Shown: positions 46,601 through 59,217, numbered from the stretch's first letter. The stretch: DNA of 64,000 nucleotides from Mantamonas sphyraenae STR306 (GCA_026936335.1 JAPMXV010000052.1:310001-374000); one strand, 5' to 3'. Translations and numbers: made by a program. The notes: generated by a model from the letters alone, not told the origin.

Positions 46601-49600
46601 TGAACAGACTACGATAGAACACCTCGTCGGACACCTCAATCCCGGTGGCATGGTTTCCCATGGGCACAAGCGACCACTCGGGCGTGGACCACGGCTCTTG
46701 CCGCAGACGCCTCAGCAGTGTGTTGAACACCTCGTTGTAGCCGCTGTGCAAGGCCAAACTTTGACGCGTGTCCTCCACCCAAGTCTGATCGCCCTTGTTG
46801 GCAGCAGCGGGATTCAGCCTCTGAAACAGTGTGTCGACATCACGCACACCATAATCCGACCCAAACAGGTGATGCACAGCCACCTACAAACACACAAGCA
46901 CGGTCCCCTGCTGCCTTGCGTCCTTGTTCATCCGAATCTGCTTGTGTGCTTGCTGCTCCGGGATGTTTGAACCCCACCCTCAGATGAACACGCGCACCAG
47001 GCGGATACACACCAAGCTTGGCACGTTCATCGCCCACGGCACGCAGAGTAAGCTCGGGACGCTGTGTCTGCTCGGGCAAACAGGTGATTCTGTGTGACGA
47101 GATCAGCGTGCGCGGCGACAGTAGATCAAAGAGCGGCGACGTCACAGCCATGTCAAACAGCGAGTTTTCGCGCTGAATCAGACGGGGTACGGCCACCACA
47201 ACATGCACCGTGCACCTGTGGGCACACTCTTCGCCCAGGCGCAGCCTGACGCGCTGCGCTGCACGTTGCAAAGGCAGCACCTTGTGGCGCATCAGCCGGC
47301 CGTTGCCCCACAGCACCATGACGGTAGACATGGAAAAGGGGACCTTGATGTGTACGGTGGCCACATCGTTGGTGCGATACACACTGCGTTCCATGCTGCT
47401 GCTGACCAGGTCGACGTGACGGAATGGTGCCTGTTGCCATTCCTCCAGGCTCTTCCCCACTGTGTAGAAGCGCGTCAAGGTGCGCTTGTCGTTGTCAGGG
47501 TCCTTGGCCACTGCAATGAGTGCGTACTTTCCGAGTGCAGTGGCCATCATAGAGCACTGCACCGTGTGCTGGGCATCTGATTTGGCCGCACACCTGCTGC
47601 TGTTTTCAACACGCAGCACCCATTCACCCGTCACCTCATCCAGCGGAGACTGCAGATTTTGATTGACCAAAGACGATTCCAGCGCCTGCATGGACAGGAA
47701 ATAGTACTGCACGGGCCAGCCGTCGGGCATATGACGACCTGCTCGGTCGTCACAGACACGCGCAGACCAAACTCTAGGAACGGGATCTGCATCGTGTGAG
47801 TCAGACGAGTGTGGATCTGCCACGGTGTGTAGGCCACAGGAAGCATAAAGTCGTCCTGGGCACGGTAGCGCAGCGTCGTTCCGCTCGAGGCCATGACCTG
47901 CAACACATCCCCGGGTGCAGCCTGTCCCAACAGTTCTGGGTGCAGGGTGTGGGTGTATGTCGTGCCCCATCGAGGCAGCTGCACTGTCTCCACGCCTTCT
48001 TCCACACACCACTCGTCGACGTTGGACGTGCACTGCCGAGGTGACACAGAATGCGCTTCGCCGCTGGCCAGCTCGTGTTCGCCATCCAAGGCGGAACGCG
48101 AGTCTGCGAATCCACGTCGATGACGTGGGCCACGTGTCAGCTTCCATCGAAGCTGCACGCGGACAATGGCCAACGAATGCACCGCCAATTGGCGGTGTAC
48201 TCGAAGCAGAATCTGCACACCTGTGTCCGGGCGGTACACCTGGCTCATGGGCGAGGCAGTCAGGGTCAAGTAGCTTCCTGTGCCTACTTCAGGGCGTACC
48301 ACGTGCACCGTTGTGCTGTGTAGCGTCAGCGCGTTGGTTGCGGACAAGCTCGTTTCGCGTTTCAACGACACGCGCACGTGGCCACGCGCACGATGAGGCA
48401 CCGTGAGCGTCTTTGAGAACGAAGAGTACTCTGTGTCGATTTGAAGCGGTGTCTTGTCGATGGCCGACACGTCGTGAGCATCCCACGCCACCTCGACGTA
48501 GTATTTGCTCCCGCTGGCAACGCGATCGGCCACAAATGCCGTGTTGCGAGACACAAAGTCGCGCACAAAGCCAAACGCGTGCAATTGGTCGCCCGGACGG
48601 TACAGCGGCCTGTCTGTAAGCAGGACGCCTGCGTAGGTTGTTCGATCCTCGGCGTGGGACGGGCCACTCTTGTCTGACCCACTTGATCGAGAGGGTGATG
48701 AAGAAGTCGAACTGCCCTGGATGCCCTCCGAGTCACCGACATGTGCTGTGGCGGCGCCGTTCGCGGTCCCATCCTCCCTGTGGGCAGAGCTCGCGTCCGC
48801 GGCGGCCATATCCTGAGCGTTTCCGCGCGTCGATGTGTCGGATGCGTCAGCCGTGGCTGTGTTGGATGCCGTCGATGCTTTGGAAGGACCTGGCATGCGC
48901 ATTTTAAGCAGAACCACATCGGTGGGATCGGCAGGGCTGTATACAGCCAGAAAGAGGGGACCACACGCAGAGTTGGGCACCTTGTCGTCATCCAACTGGA
49001 TGGATGCGACTCCTTTGGCATCTGTTTGGGCGGTAGCTACACGGCGGATCCAAGAAGGCTGCGTGCGGTCGCAGCTGGACAGCATGTCTGGTCGCGTGGA
49101 CTGATACACGGCCACAGAGCGGTTGTTGTACACACAGAGCTTCGGGGAGGCGGAGGCTTGATCGTCACCTGTAGGCTCTCGGTATTGCGCCTCTTCCTTG
49201 CACGCCATGCTGGTTACCCAGACGGTGATGCTGATGAACGGCGTGGTTTGCTGGCCGCTGCTTGACGTCTGTGAGGACGAATCGGTGGGTCGAAGGTCCA
49301 CTGCACGCATGGCAATGGCTGAAACTCCCATGTCCGTAATTGTGATCAAGTCGCTGTCCTTGGCAGGCAGGCAGGTGGACGATGTGTGTGGCGACCGCAT
49401 TTCCGTCCATCGTTCCAGTACTATCAACCCGTGTGCTTCGTACGACGTCTTGCGGTCGCTCTCTTCGTTGGAAGACTTGGCACCGTCCGTCAACACAGCC
49501 AGGGTGTCCACCGAGGCGATATCCAGGGCAGCGTGTCCCGAAGAATCACCAGCCTGTGCTGCCGCTGCAGGCGTCTCTGTCGTACCATCTGTGCTGAACA

Positions 49601-52061
49601 GCTCCTTGCGCTTGGTGTACATGTCTGTCGCGGGCTCCACGAAGCTCTCAAACTCGTTGAGGTACGATGCAAGCGCCAGTTCGATCTGGTTGCCGGCGGC
49701 GCTCACGTGTGTGGCTACCATGCGTGCTGTGGTTGCGTCTGTTTGCGATGCACTCGATGACTTGTCGGCGCTGGAAGATGTCGAGGCAGAGGAGGTGGCA
49801 GAAGAGGAAGAGGACGGGGATGTCAACGTGGCGGACGACGCGCCGCTGCTGCTCGTTGGCAAGCACTTGGACGACATGACAAACGAGCGTACGAGAGCGC
49901 GCCAGGCAGAGGTGAAGCCTTGCTCAAAGACCACGTCCTCGTGAGGGATGACGAGAAGCGAGGGTTGCGGCGCGGTGAAAAAGGTGGACTCGGCCGCACG
50001 CAGCGGCTGGGCGAGGCCGTCGCGCAGCACAGGGTCGTCCTTGAATGCGATGGTGTACTTTGTGGTGGGTTCAAATGTGCCACGGATCTCCAGAGTGGTT
50101 GCGCTGGCCTTGCGCACTTGCAACCAGCTGAGGGGAGGCGTGATCTCCACCGCGGCTTCCAGCTGTTCGTTTGCCACATCCTTGTGTAAGCCGTGGCGCA
50201 GCCACAGAAGGTATCGCCTGTGCTGCGGTGAAAACGAAGTAAACTCTTGCGGCAGGCTCTGGTGCATGAAAGGCACAACGGCGTTGACCTCTGCGCGGCT
50301 ACTCTTGGGAAGCTGCTCCTGTACAAATTCAAAGCGAAAGGCACGCGGTCCAGCCACGAGAAGTTGGATGTGTGCTTCGGTTTGGCCCTGCTGCGCGTGA
50401 TACTTTGACCCTGCGGGCAAACGCAGGGCGTAAACGGAGTCCGTTTCAAGCGATTGGTGGTTGAGCGAGATCCACACACACCGGGTGGGTTCTTCATCCG
50501 AACCGACGGCGCCATTTCCCTGTACGTCCTGTTGGTCTTGCGTCGATTGGTGTTGCTCCTCACGCTCTTGTATCCTCTGGGAGTGGTTGCGGGACACAGC
50601 GGAGCCTCCGCAAGGCTGCAGTGATATGTCCACAAGTGCGGCCCCCTTGCGTGTGGGCATGTCCGCCTCGTAGAGACGCTGCTGGACAGTGTAACCTGTG
50701 TTGACCGAGTTGGACCGTGCCACAATGGACTGGTCGGAAATGGACGTGGCCCCTGTTCCGGACGAAGCGGTGTTGGCCAGCAGTCGCCGACGCGTGGGTT
50801 CGTTCACAGACGAGCCTCGCATGCCACTGGAGTGCGATGGATCCGCAGATCCTTCTGTGCCGTGGGTCTCGTCCGCAGCCGCCTGGGTGGCAGTGCGAGA
50901 CGGATTGCTGAGTTTGGCGCAGGCGACGGCGGGCTCCTGATTTGCTTCGCTGCCCACGACGTTCCCAGGCATGGTGGGCTGTAGGATGTCAGGAAGGCGG
51001 ATGAATTGCATGCCACGAGACAGGTGGGACAGGTGGACATCCATGGAAAAGTGCACCTCGAGGATCCCGTCGCGTGGGAGCTCGGGCACACCCTTGCACA
51101 ACGGCCTCTGGAAGGCATTCCATTGGCCGGCGGTGACACGGGCAGCCGATGAAGATTGGACATTGGTCAGGGTCATTTCGAGTCGCGGGGTGTGAAAGAC
51201 GCCGTAGACGGGCACGTTGCGGTTGAGAAGTGGGGTGCCGTCGTACGCACGCAGTGTGTTATTGACATGAAGGGAGATGATGGTGTCGCCCGGCCAGCGT
51301 GTCTGCGGCTCAAAGGCGAGGATGGAGGGGGTGATGACACGCAGGCGGCCAGGAACAGGCGGTCGAAAGTACACTGGTGGCGACGGGAGCGCGGCAAGTG
51401 CAGCCTCGAGGTCGCTGACAGGGTCAAAGAGGGGCCGAGTGAACACCACCTTGACGACTGTTTGGTGGCCAAGAAGTGTTTGGTGATGGCCGGGCACAAT
51501 CTGGAGCACCTGCAAGGGCACAATGGAGCGGAAGAGCGACAACTCCATGCCGCTGGTGATCTCTCCAAGTTCTGGGGTTTTGTGTGCGGGCGCAGGCTGG
51601 AGTCAGTGTGTGCGAGACATGCACCCCTCCCCATGCTGAGGATGTACGCCAAAGCGACTGTGCAGTAGCATAGGCGGGTCGAGGTCATGCGAGGAAGGGT
51701 GGCGTGGCGAAGGCAGCGTACTTTGGGAAATGGCTCGCGCGACGGTGCGCACGTCTGCTGTGTCGCTGTGGTAATGATGCAGGGGTGGAGAGCATGGGGG
51801 GTTAGTGTCGGTGTGTGGAAACGCAACCCATTGTGCTCTGGGATTTCAATCGGAGGCAGGAGCGTACGCGACATAGTGCCTATCCTCGCCGAGGGTGTCG
51901 TGGGGTTTCAACTTGGCCACGGTGTCCTGGGCAGGAGTGTTGGGACCGGCGCCAGGCCTGAATGGGCGCTCTGCCAGTTGACTGTACAGGTAGGCGGTGA
52001 AAAACGCACTCAAGGCAAAGGCCACTGCCAAGAGGCGCCTGATGGAGCGAACGCGAACCAT
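43527..52061 (-). CDS. Bacterial-type (YfhM-like) alpha-2-macroglobulin-like protein, N-terminally anchored, no thioester motif seen; several frame breaks/introns; ends approximate
   Basis: Big_5-like VVFTRPL..PPVPGRLR..LAFEP, MG2 LLTDRPLYRPGD, FRLP..YSVRAFA..PKRVLMGD, and MG10-like VVSDSLPSGF..ISYKVYAIHVG. Candidate first exon with TM at 52061 (MVRVRSIRRLLAVAFALSAFF). Confidence 0.7.
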
Positions 52062-52329
52062 GTGTGGGGCGACCTGCGCAGGCAGTGCAGTGCGCCGTGT
52101 GCCCAAATCCAACATCAGGAGGTCGCCATCGCGGATGCTCAAGGGATCATTGCAGCCAGAACAGGCGCGCAGTGGCGTGTTTGCCTGCCTGGCAAGCACG
52201 GGACAAAGGCACCGTGCGTTTCCTGACGTGGTCGCGGCCGACCGCAGTTCGCTGGCTCAAATTCATGCAGAGGGCGGGCAATGGGCCCATGCAAGCGGCC
52301 ATGGACAGGAAAGCGAAGCTGAACACGGC

Positions 52330-54317
52330 ATGCGTGGCGAGAGAGCATTGGGGAGCACTCCCGGAAGTGCTGGCAAAGCGCGACGGGTGCGTGCCAAATC
52401 GGTCGGTGAAAAACCGTTGTTTGCCTTGACACGAGGCAGCCGGCGTGCTCGGGCCACCGTGAGCGCAGACAAGTATGGTGGGCGGGCGGGTGTACAGTGG
52501 AGCGACCCGGGCAAGGCAAGTGGGTGGAGCAGGCGTTCTCGGAATGGAGAGGCGGCTGGCGAGAGCAGCAGCAGCTCGGCCAAACGGACGTTGTTTGGTG
52601 GAGCGTCGGACGGCGAGAGCAGCTCGTATGGCAAGTTGGACACGCGCCATGGCATGCGTGTGAGCAGTATGAACGAAGTGCGTGACGCACAGACGCTCGT
52701 GCATCACGATGAGGCGCCGGACGTGTGCTTCTGGGTTGCTCGGCGACACTCGCCGACCGCCGGGAGCGCAGCGTCGTCTGGCGAGACGTCCGGGGAGCTC
52801 AGCGGCACCTCTGGCTATGATACGTCGTTTGAGGAAAGAGCAGGAGGAGGGGAAGGACTGGATGGGATGGGCAGCATTCTGCAGATGCTTGTGTCGTCCC
52901 AGGACGAGCCGACTCTGGACTCTGTGGGCCGCGGAATGGCCCCCGAGGAAGGACTCGAAGGATCGCATGTACAGTTTGAGGCGGTGTACGCGCACCGTGC
53001 TGTGCTTATAGCGCGCAGCGAGGTGTTTGCCACAATGTTTGAGGGCAGTGGAGTGGCGGGAGGCACATTGAACACAAACGCGGTTCGCTGGCGGAAACGC
53101 AACGAGGAGGCCTCCTGCAGCAGCAGCGGAAGCAGCAGCAGACGTGAGCTGGACGACAGGGACTCACGTATGGTGCATTATGAAATCAGCGACGTGGACG
53201 CAGGCGTGTTTCGGCAGATCCTGCAGTATCTGTACACAGGACGGATGAATCTGCACGTCTGTGCGTGTCTGTACACGTTGTACGTGTCGCTGGACCAATA
53301 CCTGCTGGAGCACGCAAAGAGCCTGCTGCTGGCCTATCTGGATACGCGTCTTTCGGTGACGAGCTGCTGCACCATCCTGCAGAAGCTAGGCATGGCGCCG
53401 CCGGGGGCCGAGGATGTGTTTGCACGCGTGTTTGACTTTATTTGCGACAATGCCGAACAGGTGTTTGGGCCTTTGGGCTACCGCAGCGCGCTGGCGCTGA
53501 ACGAGCCCATGTTGCGCGAGCTGATTATGTCGGAACAGCTGAACATCCCGGAAATCAAGCTGTTTCAGTTTGTGGTCGACTGGGGCAAACGCCAACTGTA
53601 CAGCGAGCTGGATGCAGGGCTTGATTGTAAATGAGGACGCGTGGAAGGTGTACATGCAGCCGATGGACGCCGATGAGGAGCAGGCGCTTCTGGAGGCGGA
53701 CACACAGCAACAGCTGCCTGTGGACACGACGGACGAGTGGGAGTGGTCGAGCACCGAGGTGGAAACACGTGCTCTCGGCGGATTTGGCGACTCGAGCGAG
53801 GCCAGCGACAGCAAGGCCATCATCCACACGCGGTCTCAGGTGGTCGAGTGGGAAGACGGGACGGTGGCGCGGCGTCTGACACGCAAGATCGAACGCAAGA
53901 ACACAGAGAGCAGTGGAGGAGGCGGTAGCAAGAACGGGCGGGCCAGCAGTGGCAGCAGTGGTGTGGGCCAGGAAAGCGGCACATTTGTAGAGACCGCGTC
54001 GTCGTCGAGCACCGAAGAGGTGGCGGAGGAGGGAAACACGGAGGAGACGGCCAGTGGATCGTCGAGCACGCCCAAAGCGTCGTCGTCGCAGTCGCGCGAG
54101 GTGCAATCAGTCATGGAAGAGGCGCTTGTGGACTCGGGATTCGATGACCAGAAGGGCAAGCAGAAACAAAAAGCGAGTGTGAGCGACCACAGCGCAGACA
54201 CGTCCCTGGACTTGGAGAGCCTGGACGTCGAGGTTAACGTGGACAAAGAGGTGTGGTACTCGTCCAAGAAGCACATGGTGCGACACGGCGACGACCGAGC
54301 AGGCAATTCGAGCAGTC

Positions 54318-54349
<32 letters not shown>

Positions 54350-55274
54350 GGTGGTGGTGGTGGGCTTTGCGACAGAAACAACCCGGAATGACCAGGAAAC
54401 GAGCAGTCGCAGCGTTGCCGAGGACCTGGAGCTTGTGCAGCTGAAGAAGCAGTACTTTCAGCAGGAGCTGCGCAAGAAGATCAGCCCGCTGCTGAAGTAC
54501 ATCCGCTTTTCGCAAATGACGCCCGTACAGCTGTTTCGTGGCGTGGAGCCAAGCGGGCTTGTCCCCACAGAGCTTGTGTTGGAGGCGTATCGGAGCCATT
54601 GCGTGCCGCAGTCGCTGACGGTGGCCCGTGTGGCAAACATGCGACTCGCACCACGGCTGGGCTTTGACATCCCAGACACGGTGTACCAGTTCAAGTGTTT
54701 GGATTCGTCGCATGTGAAGCACTGTGAAGTGTGGCGGTGGAAAGTGACGTCGCTGCAGGATACAAACAGCTTCCGTCAGAGCAACGTGTTCCAGATCTCC
54801 GACGGCTCGTGCTGGACTTTGAACGTGCGGCTGGTGCAGCCGGAGAGCGAGCACCTGAGCAAAGGCTACATCTCACTGTACCTGGGTTCTGCAAACAAGC
54901 ACCCGACCGACTCGATCCACTTTGCGCTGAAGATTGTCAACCTGGAGGACAGCACTCTGTCGGACTTTGGGCCGGGCGGCTATCCCAACAAGGCGTTCAA
55001 ACATCCGTTTGAGGTGGACAAAGATTGGGGTTTGCACAAGTTCAAGCTTTTCACAGAGTGCTACACGACGCCGGGCTTCATCATGGACGACACGCTCACG
55101 GTGGAGGTCCACTTTTTCGACGTGGCCAATGCCGGAGCATCAAGCACGTCGAGCACAGGGCCGCCACGCCAACGGCAGCGTCAACAAAAAGGAGAGCAGG
55201 GTGGCAAGTCGGGCAGGAGCATTGAGGGACAGGTTGGATTGTCGGGCACAACGCCCACCAAGCGACCGCGCTGA
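52330..55274 (+). CDS. BTB-BACK-MATH protein (probable Cul3 adaptor); two apparent frameshifts; start uncertain
   Basis: BTB AHRAVLIARSEVFATMF..FRQILQYLYTG, BACK EIKLFQFVVDW..LLKYIRFSQM, MATH WKV..WTLNV..YISLYL..DWGLHKF..GFIMDDTLTVEV. Confidence 0.8.
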
Positions 55275-55385
55275 GGGATGCAGTGCAGATCCGAGGGTGT
55301 AATATTAATACACCCAAGCTTAGTGCATAGGAAAGAGCACACACGCACACACACAGCACAAGTTTTCTGCAGAACGGAGCAAACA

Positions 55386-57034
55386 ATGGAAGAGCTCGTA
55401 GAGGCAGCCGAAGCGGGAGACTCGCTGACATTGGAGGCGTTGCTGCGGTCGGACGACAAGAGGTACGAACACCTGCACAAGCGCATGCCCGACGGACGCA
55501 CACTGCTACACCTTGCAGCACAGGCCAACTCGTTCGCGTGCGTGTCGGTGTTGCTGGAGATGGGAGCCAATGTGAAAGAGGTGGACGGAAACGGGCTCTC
55601 TGCAGTGACGTATGCGACGGATGAACACGTGGTGGACCTGCTCATTCAGCGGGAGATCATGAGTGCGGAAGCAGATGCAGCGGTTGCGCCGCGGTTGGAG
55701 GTCCTTGCGCAGCAGGAGTGGGACGGGTCGGGCGGCGGCGGCGGGTCGACGAATTCTGCGTCGCAAACACACAGCCGCGGCGCGGCTGTGAGTGCCATGG
55801 AGGTGGACACGGATGTGCAGGAACGACACGGAGCGTCGACGTCGCACACGGGGCACAGTGGTGGTATGGGTATGGGAAGCAGTAGCATGGGCAGCAGCAG
55901 CAGCAGCAGCGGCTCGGCTGCGAGAGTGAGCGGAAGCCAGGCTCTTTCAAGCAGCAACACGGGATCAGAGGACGAGTATATGCAGTCTGTGATGCTTGCC
56001 ATGCAACTGCAAGCTCAGGATGGGTCTGATGGACCAGGAATCACAGTGGATAGCGAGGCAGACGCTGCGCTGGCTCAGGAGCTGCAGTTTGCAGGGGACG
56101 ACAACGAACAAGAGTCGCTGGCGCTGGCGTACCAGCTGCAGAAGCAGGAAGAGTCGGGGGCGTCGGGAAGCAGCATGGGCATGGGTATGGGCGCAAGCAG
56201 TCGTGCTGCACAGGTGGAGCAGATGATGGCCGAGGCGGCACGACTGGGCTGGACAGACGAGGAGCTTTCGCTGCGCATGGCCGGGGAACTGCAGCAGCGT
56301 ACGAAGAGGAGGCCAACAACCAAATGTCGCTGAATGTGGCCTACCAGCTGCAAAAGGAGGAGCTGCAGAACAGGGGTCTGGGCGGACGTGAGCTGCCGTA
56401 CGTGGAAACAACAGTGGAGATCGAAGATTTGCCCATTGTGGAGCGGGACAGGAGAGACTATGTGATTCTGGAGCTGGTGCAGCAGGAAGCACAGATGGAC
56501 TTTCAACTGGGCCACCGAGACCTGGAGGTAGATGCAGACGCGCAGGAGCTGGACGGAATGAGCCACAGCCAGGTGATGCGCAAGTGGATGGGGATGCTGG
56601 GCACGCGGGAGCTGCTGATGCCTGGAGACGGCTCGTGCCAGTTCCACTCGCTGTCAAACCAGCTGTTCCGGCAGCGGTACCCAAAGGACAGCGGGATTTC
56701 GGATGCGCTTCGGGAGCGTCTGTGTGACCACATCGAGGAGTGCCGGCTGCTCTACGAGGACTTTGTGACGGAAAGCTGGGATATGTACATTGATCGCATG
56801 CGCAGGGGTGAGTGGGGTGACAACATCACCCTCCAGGCGTTCTGCAACCTGTTTGGGGTCGAGGTACGCGTGATGCAGGACAACCGCTCGATTCTCGCCG
56901 TCCGCCCGCGCGGTCAGTTTTCCAAAAAGTTCGACCGTATCCTGTGGGTGTCCTACTGGAATCAGGCCCACTACAACAGCGTGTATCCCGTGGACGACCC
57001 CGTGTTTGACGAGGAGAACGGTCACGTGTTGTGA
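55386..57034 (+). CDS. Ankyrin + ubiquitin-binding helices + OTU deubiquitinase; apparent frameshift near 56295
   Basis: DGRTLLHLAA ankyrin, repeated 'D/S.ALA..LQ..E' helices, and OTU PGDGSCQFHSLS..EWGDNITLQAF..HYNSVY. Confidence 0.85.
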
Positions 57035-57041
57035 GCGCGCG

Positions 57042-58676
57042 TCACACAAGCACAACCTTGCTCTGCACGGTGGCAATGGTGGGCAAGGACGACGTGTCCA
57101 CAGACGAACCCTTGCCGGTGTGTGTGGAGGCAGCGGTGTCGCCTGCCTTTTTGGACAGAGACGAGGCCGGAGCGTCGACTCGATCGATGCTGGCGTACTG
57201 GAGGAAGAGAAAGGCACCGATGACGTAGGTGACGGAAGCAGCATTAAACACAGCCTGCCACGAGTCGCTGACATCGAGGATCTTGCCTGTGATGCCAATG
57301 GAAAGAGTGCCAGCGAGCGTGGACACTGTGTTGCACAATCCCTTGATGGTGCCGGCGTAGTGTCGGCCACCAATGTCCAGATTGACCACATCCATGCCGC
57401 TGAGCGTCCACGCATAGCAGCCGAGGCATAGAGCCATCATGGTGGCGGCGCCCGAGGCGGTGGTCATCTGGGGAAAGATATGGACAAAGATGGCAGGCCC
57501 AATGAACCCAACAGCCTGCATGATCTTGCGGACGGTGAGGAGGGGATACTTGTGCTGGATGAGGAGGTAGTCGGAGACCTGGCCGCCGACAATGGCGCTG
57601 ACGACGTTGACGACGTACGGCAAAAGCGAGTAGAAGCCGACGTGTTCGAGAGGTACGTGGACGGCAGTGCGAAAGTAGGTGGGCATCCACGTGAGGATGA
57701 CGTAGTAGCCGTAGCCCGAGCAAAAGTTGCAGGCAAGGAGGACGAGGACGCTGGGAATGCGCACCATTTGCAGGTAGCCAATCTGCACTGCTGTGACGGC
57801 AGAGGAAGGCGTTTCCGAGACCGTTGCAGCGTCTCTGTGGTGGGCCGAGTCGGTGGACGCATCGATGTCTGTCTTTTTGGGCTGCGGGTGTTTGTTGGCG
57901 CCCTGAATAAGCTGAACCTCCTGGGCGCGAATGTCGGGGTGCGTTTCCGGGGTCTCGTAGATGAGATAGAGCCAGGAGAGGCACCAGGCAAAGCCCAGGC
58001 AGCCAAAGATGTTAAAGACGGCGGCCCACGAGTAGGCTGCAATGATGCGAGGGGCGACAAAGAAGGTGAGGACGTTGCCGATGTAGTTGCCGCTGGTGAT
58101 GAGCGACAGGGCGCGGCTGCGCTCGCTGGGAGGGATCCAAGCGGCAAGGAGATGGTGCATGGCGGGGAACACGACGCCCTGGGCCAGACCGGTAAAGACA
58201 CGCACAGAGATGAGGGAGGTGACGGAGCCGGCAAGGAGAGGGGCGGCAAAGGTGCAGAGCGTGGACAGGGTCAGGGCGGTGCCGACGACAACCTTGCCCC
58301 CGTAGCGCTTGGCAAGGATGCCCCCCGGGATGTTTGCAAACAGATAGCCGTAAAAGAAGGAGGAAAGGATGGCACCCTGGAGGGTACGGTCGTCGCCGTA
58401 GCCAAACTCGTCCGAGATCGGCATGATGGTGACGGAGAGGTTGACACGTTGCATGTAGCACATCATCGAGCAGAGACAGGTGAGCAAGATAACAGTGTAG
58501 CGCTTTGGCAGTGGGGCATCGTCAGGGGAGACGTCCCCGCCTGGTGTAGGCGACGGAGAGGAGCCACCGTGATGGTGGGGGTGGTTGCTGGTGCGGCGTG
58601 GTGGGCGAGGGGGCTCGTCGTGCAACACAGCATGGGCAGCAGCCTGGACAGACTCACCGTGGTGTCTGTGTTCCAT
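57042..58676 (-). CDS. MFS anion:cation symporter (SLC17/PHT4-like)
   Basis: YMQRVNLSVTI, GAILSSFFYGY..PGG, GLAQGVVFPA..WIPPSERSRA, LTWMPTYF; ~12 TM segments. Confidence 0.9.
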   Translation of the reverse strand: MEHRHHGESVQAAAHAVLHDEPPRPPRRTSNHPHHHGGSSPSPTPGGDVSPDDAPLPKRYTVILLTCLCSMMCYMQRVNLSVTIMPISDEFGYGDDRTLQGAILSSFFYGYLFANIPGGILAKRYGGKVVVGTALTLSTLCTFAAPLLAGSVTSLISVRVFTGLAQGVVFPAMHHLLAAWIPPSERSRALSLITSGNYIGNVLTFFVAPRIIAAYSWAAVFNIFGCLGFAWCLSWLYLIYETPETHPDIRAQEVQLIQGANKHPQPKKTDIDASTDSAHHRDAATVSETPSSAVTAVQIGYLQMVRIPSVLVLLACNFCSGYGYYVILTWMPTYFRTAVHVPLEHVGFYSLLPYVVNVVSAIVGGQVSDYLLIQHKYPLLTVRKIMQAVGFIGPAIFVHIFPQMTTASGAATMMALCLGCYAWTLSGMDVVNLDIGGRHYAGTIKGLCNTVSTLAGTLSIGITGKILDVSDSWQAVFNAASVTYVIGAFLFLQYASIDRVDAPASSLSKKAGDTAASTHTGKGSSVDTSSLPTIATVQSKVVLV

Positions 58677-58755
58677 GGGACTGGTGTGGTGTGTGTGTGT
58701 GGGGGGGGAAGAGAGTCTCGCTGGCAGCAATGGCGCAAAAGGGTACCGTGGATGT

Positions 58756-59145
58756 TCATTGTGCTTCGCCTGTGCTGGTGGTCAGATTGAGGCCATGCCA
58801 TTGACTGACATAGTCTTTGAGGACGGCGTTGACCATGCGGTGTTGCTTGACGCGAGGCACGCCGGAAAACTGTGCGCTGGCGACGTGGATACGAAACATG
58901 GAGCCGCATCCGCCGCTGACATCCTCCACTTGGACCTCTGTGGCGTCAAAGTGGTCCTGCAGAAGCGCGTGGATCTCTGCCTCGAGGGAGGAAGGGCCGT
59001 CGGCGAGAAGTGTTGCGGACGTGGTCCACAAGCTGGCCGAGAGGGGGGAGAGGGTAGAGGCAGAGGTGAGATCGAGGGCACACAGGGATGACCTAAGTAC
59101 AGAAGTGGCCGGTAAGGGGACGGAAGAGACGGCACGGGAGAACAT
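58756..59145 (-). CDS. BOLA3: BolA3-like protein with probable mitochondrial transit peptide
   Basis: EDVSGGCGSMFRIHV..F.G..RVKQHRMVN.VLK..WHGL. ATG at 59145 with a Ser/Leu/Arg-rich leader. Confidence 0.85.
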   Translation of the reverse strand: MFSRAVSSVPLPATSVLRSSLCALDLTSASTLSPLSASLWTTSATLLADGPSSLEAEIHALLQDHFDATEVQVEDVSGGCGSMFRIHVASAQFSGVPRVKQHRMVNAVLKDYVSQWHGLNLTTSTGEAQ

Positions 59146-59217
59146 GGGCCGAGGAGGTGGTGATGTTTGCGTGGGCGGACATTCGCGCGGGGCGTGCCAC
59201 CCGAATTTCGCAAAGAC

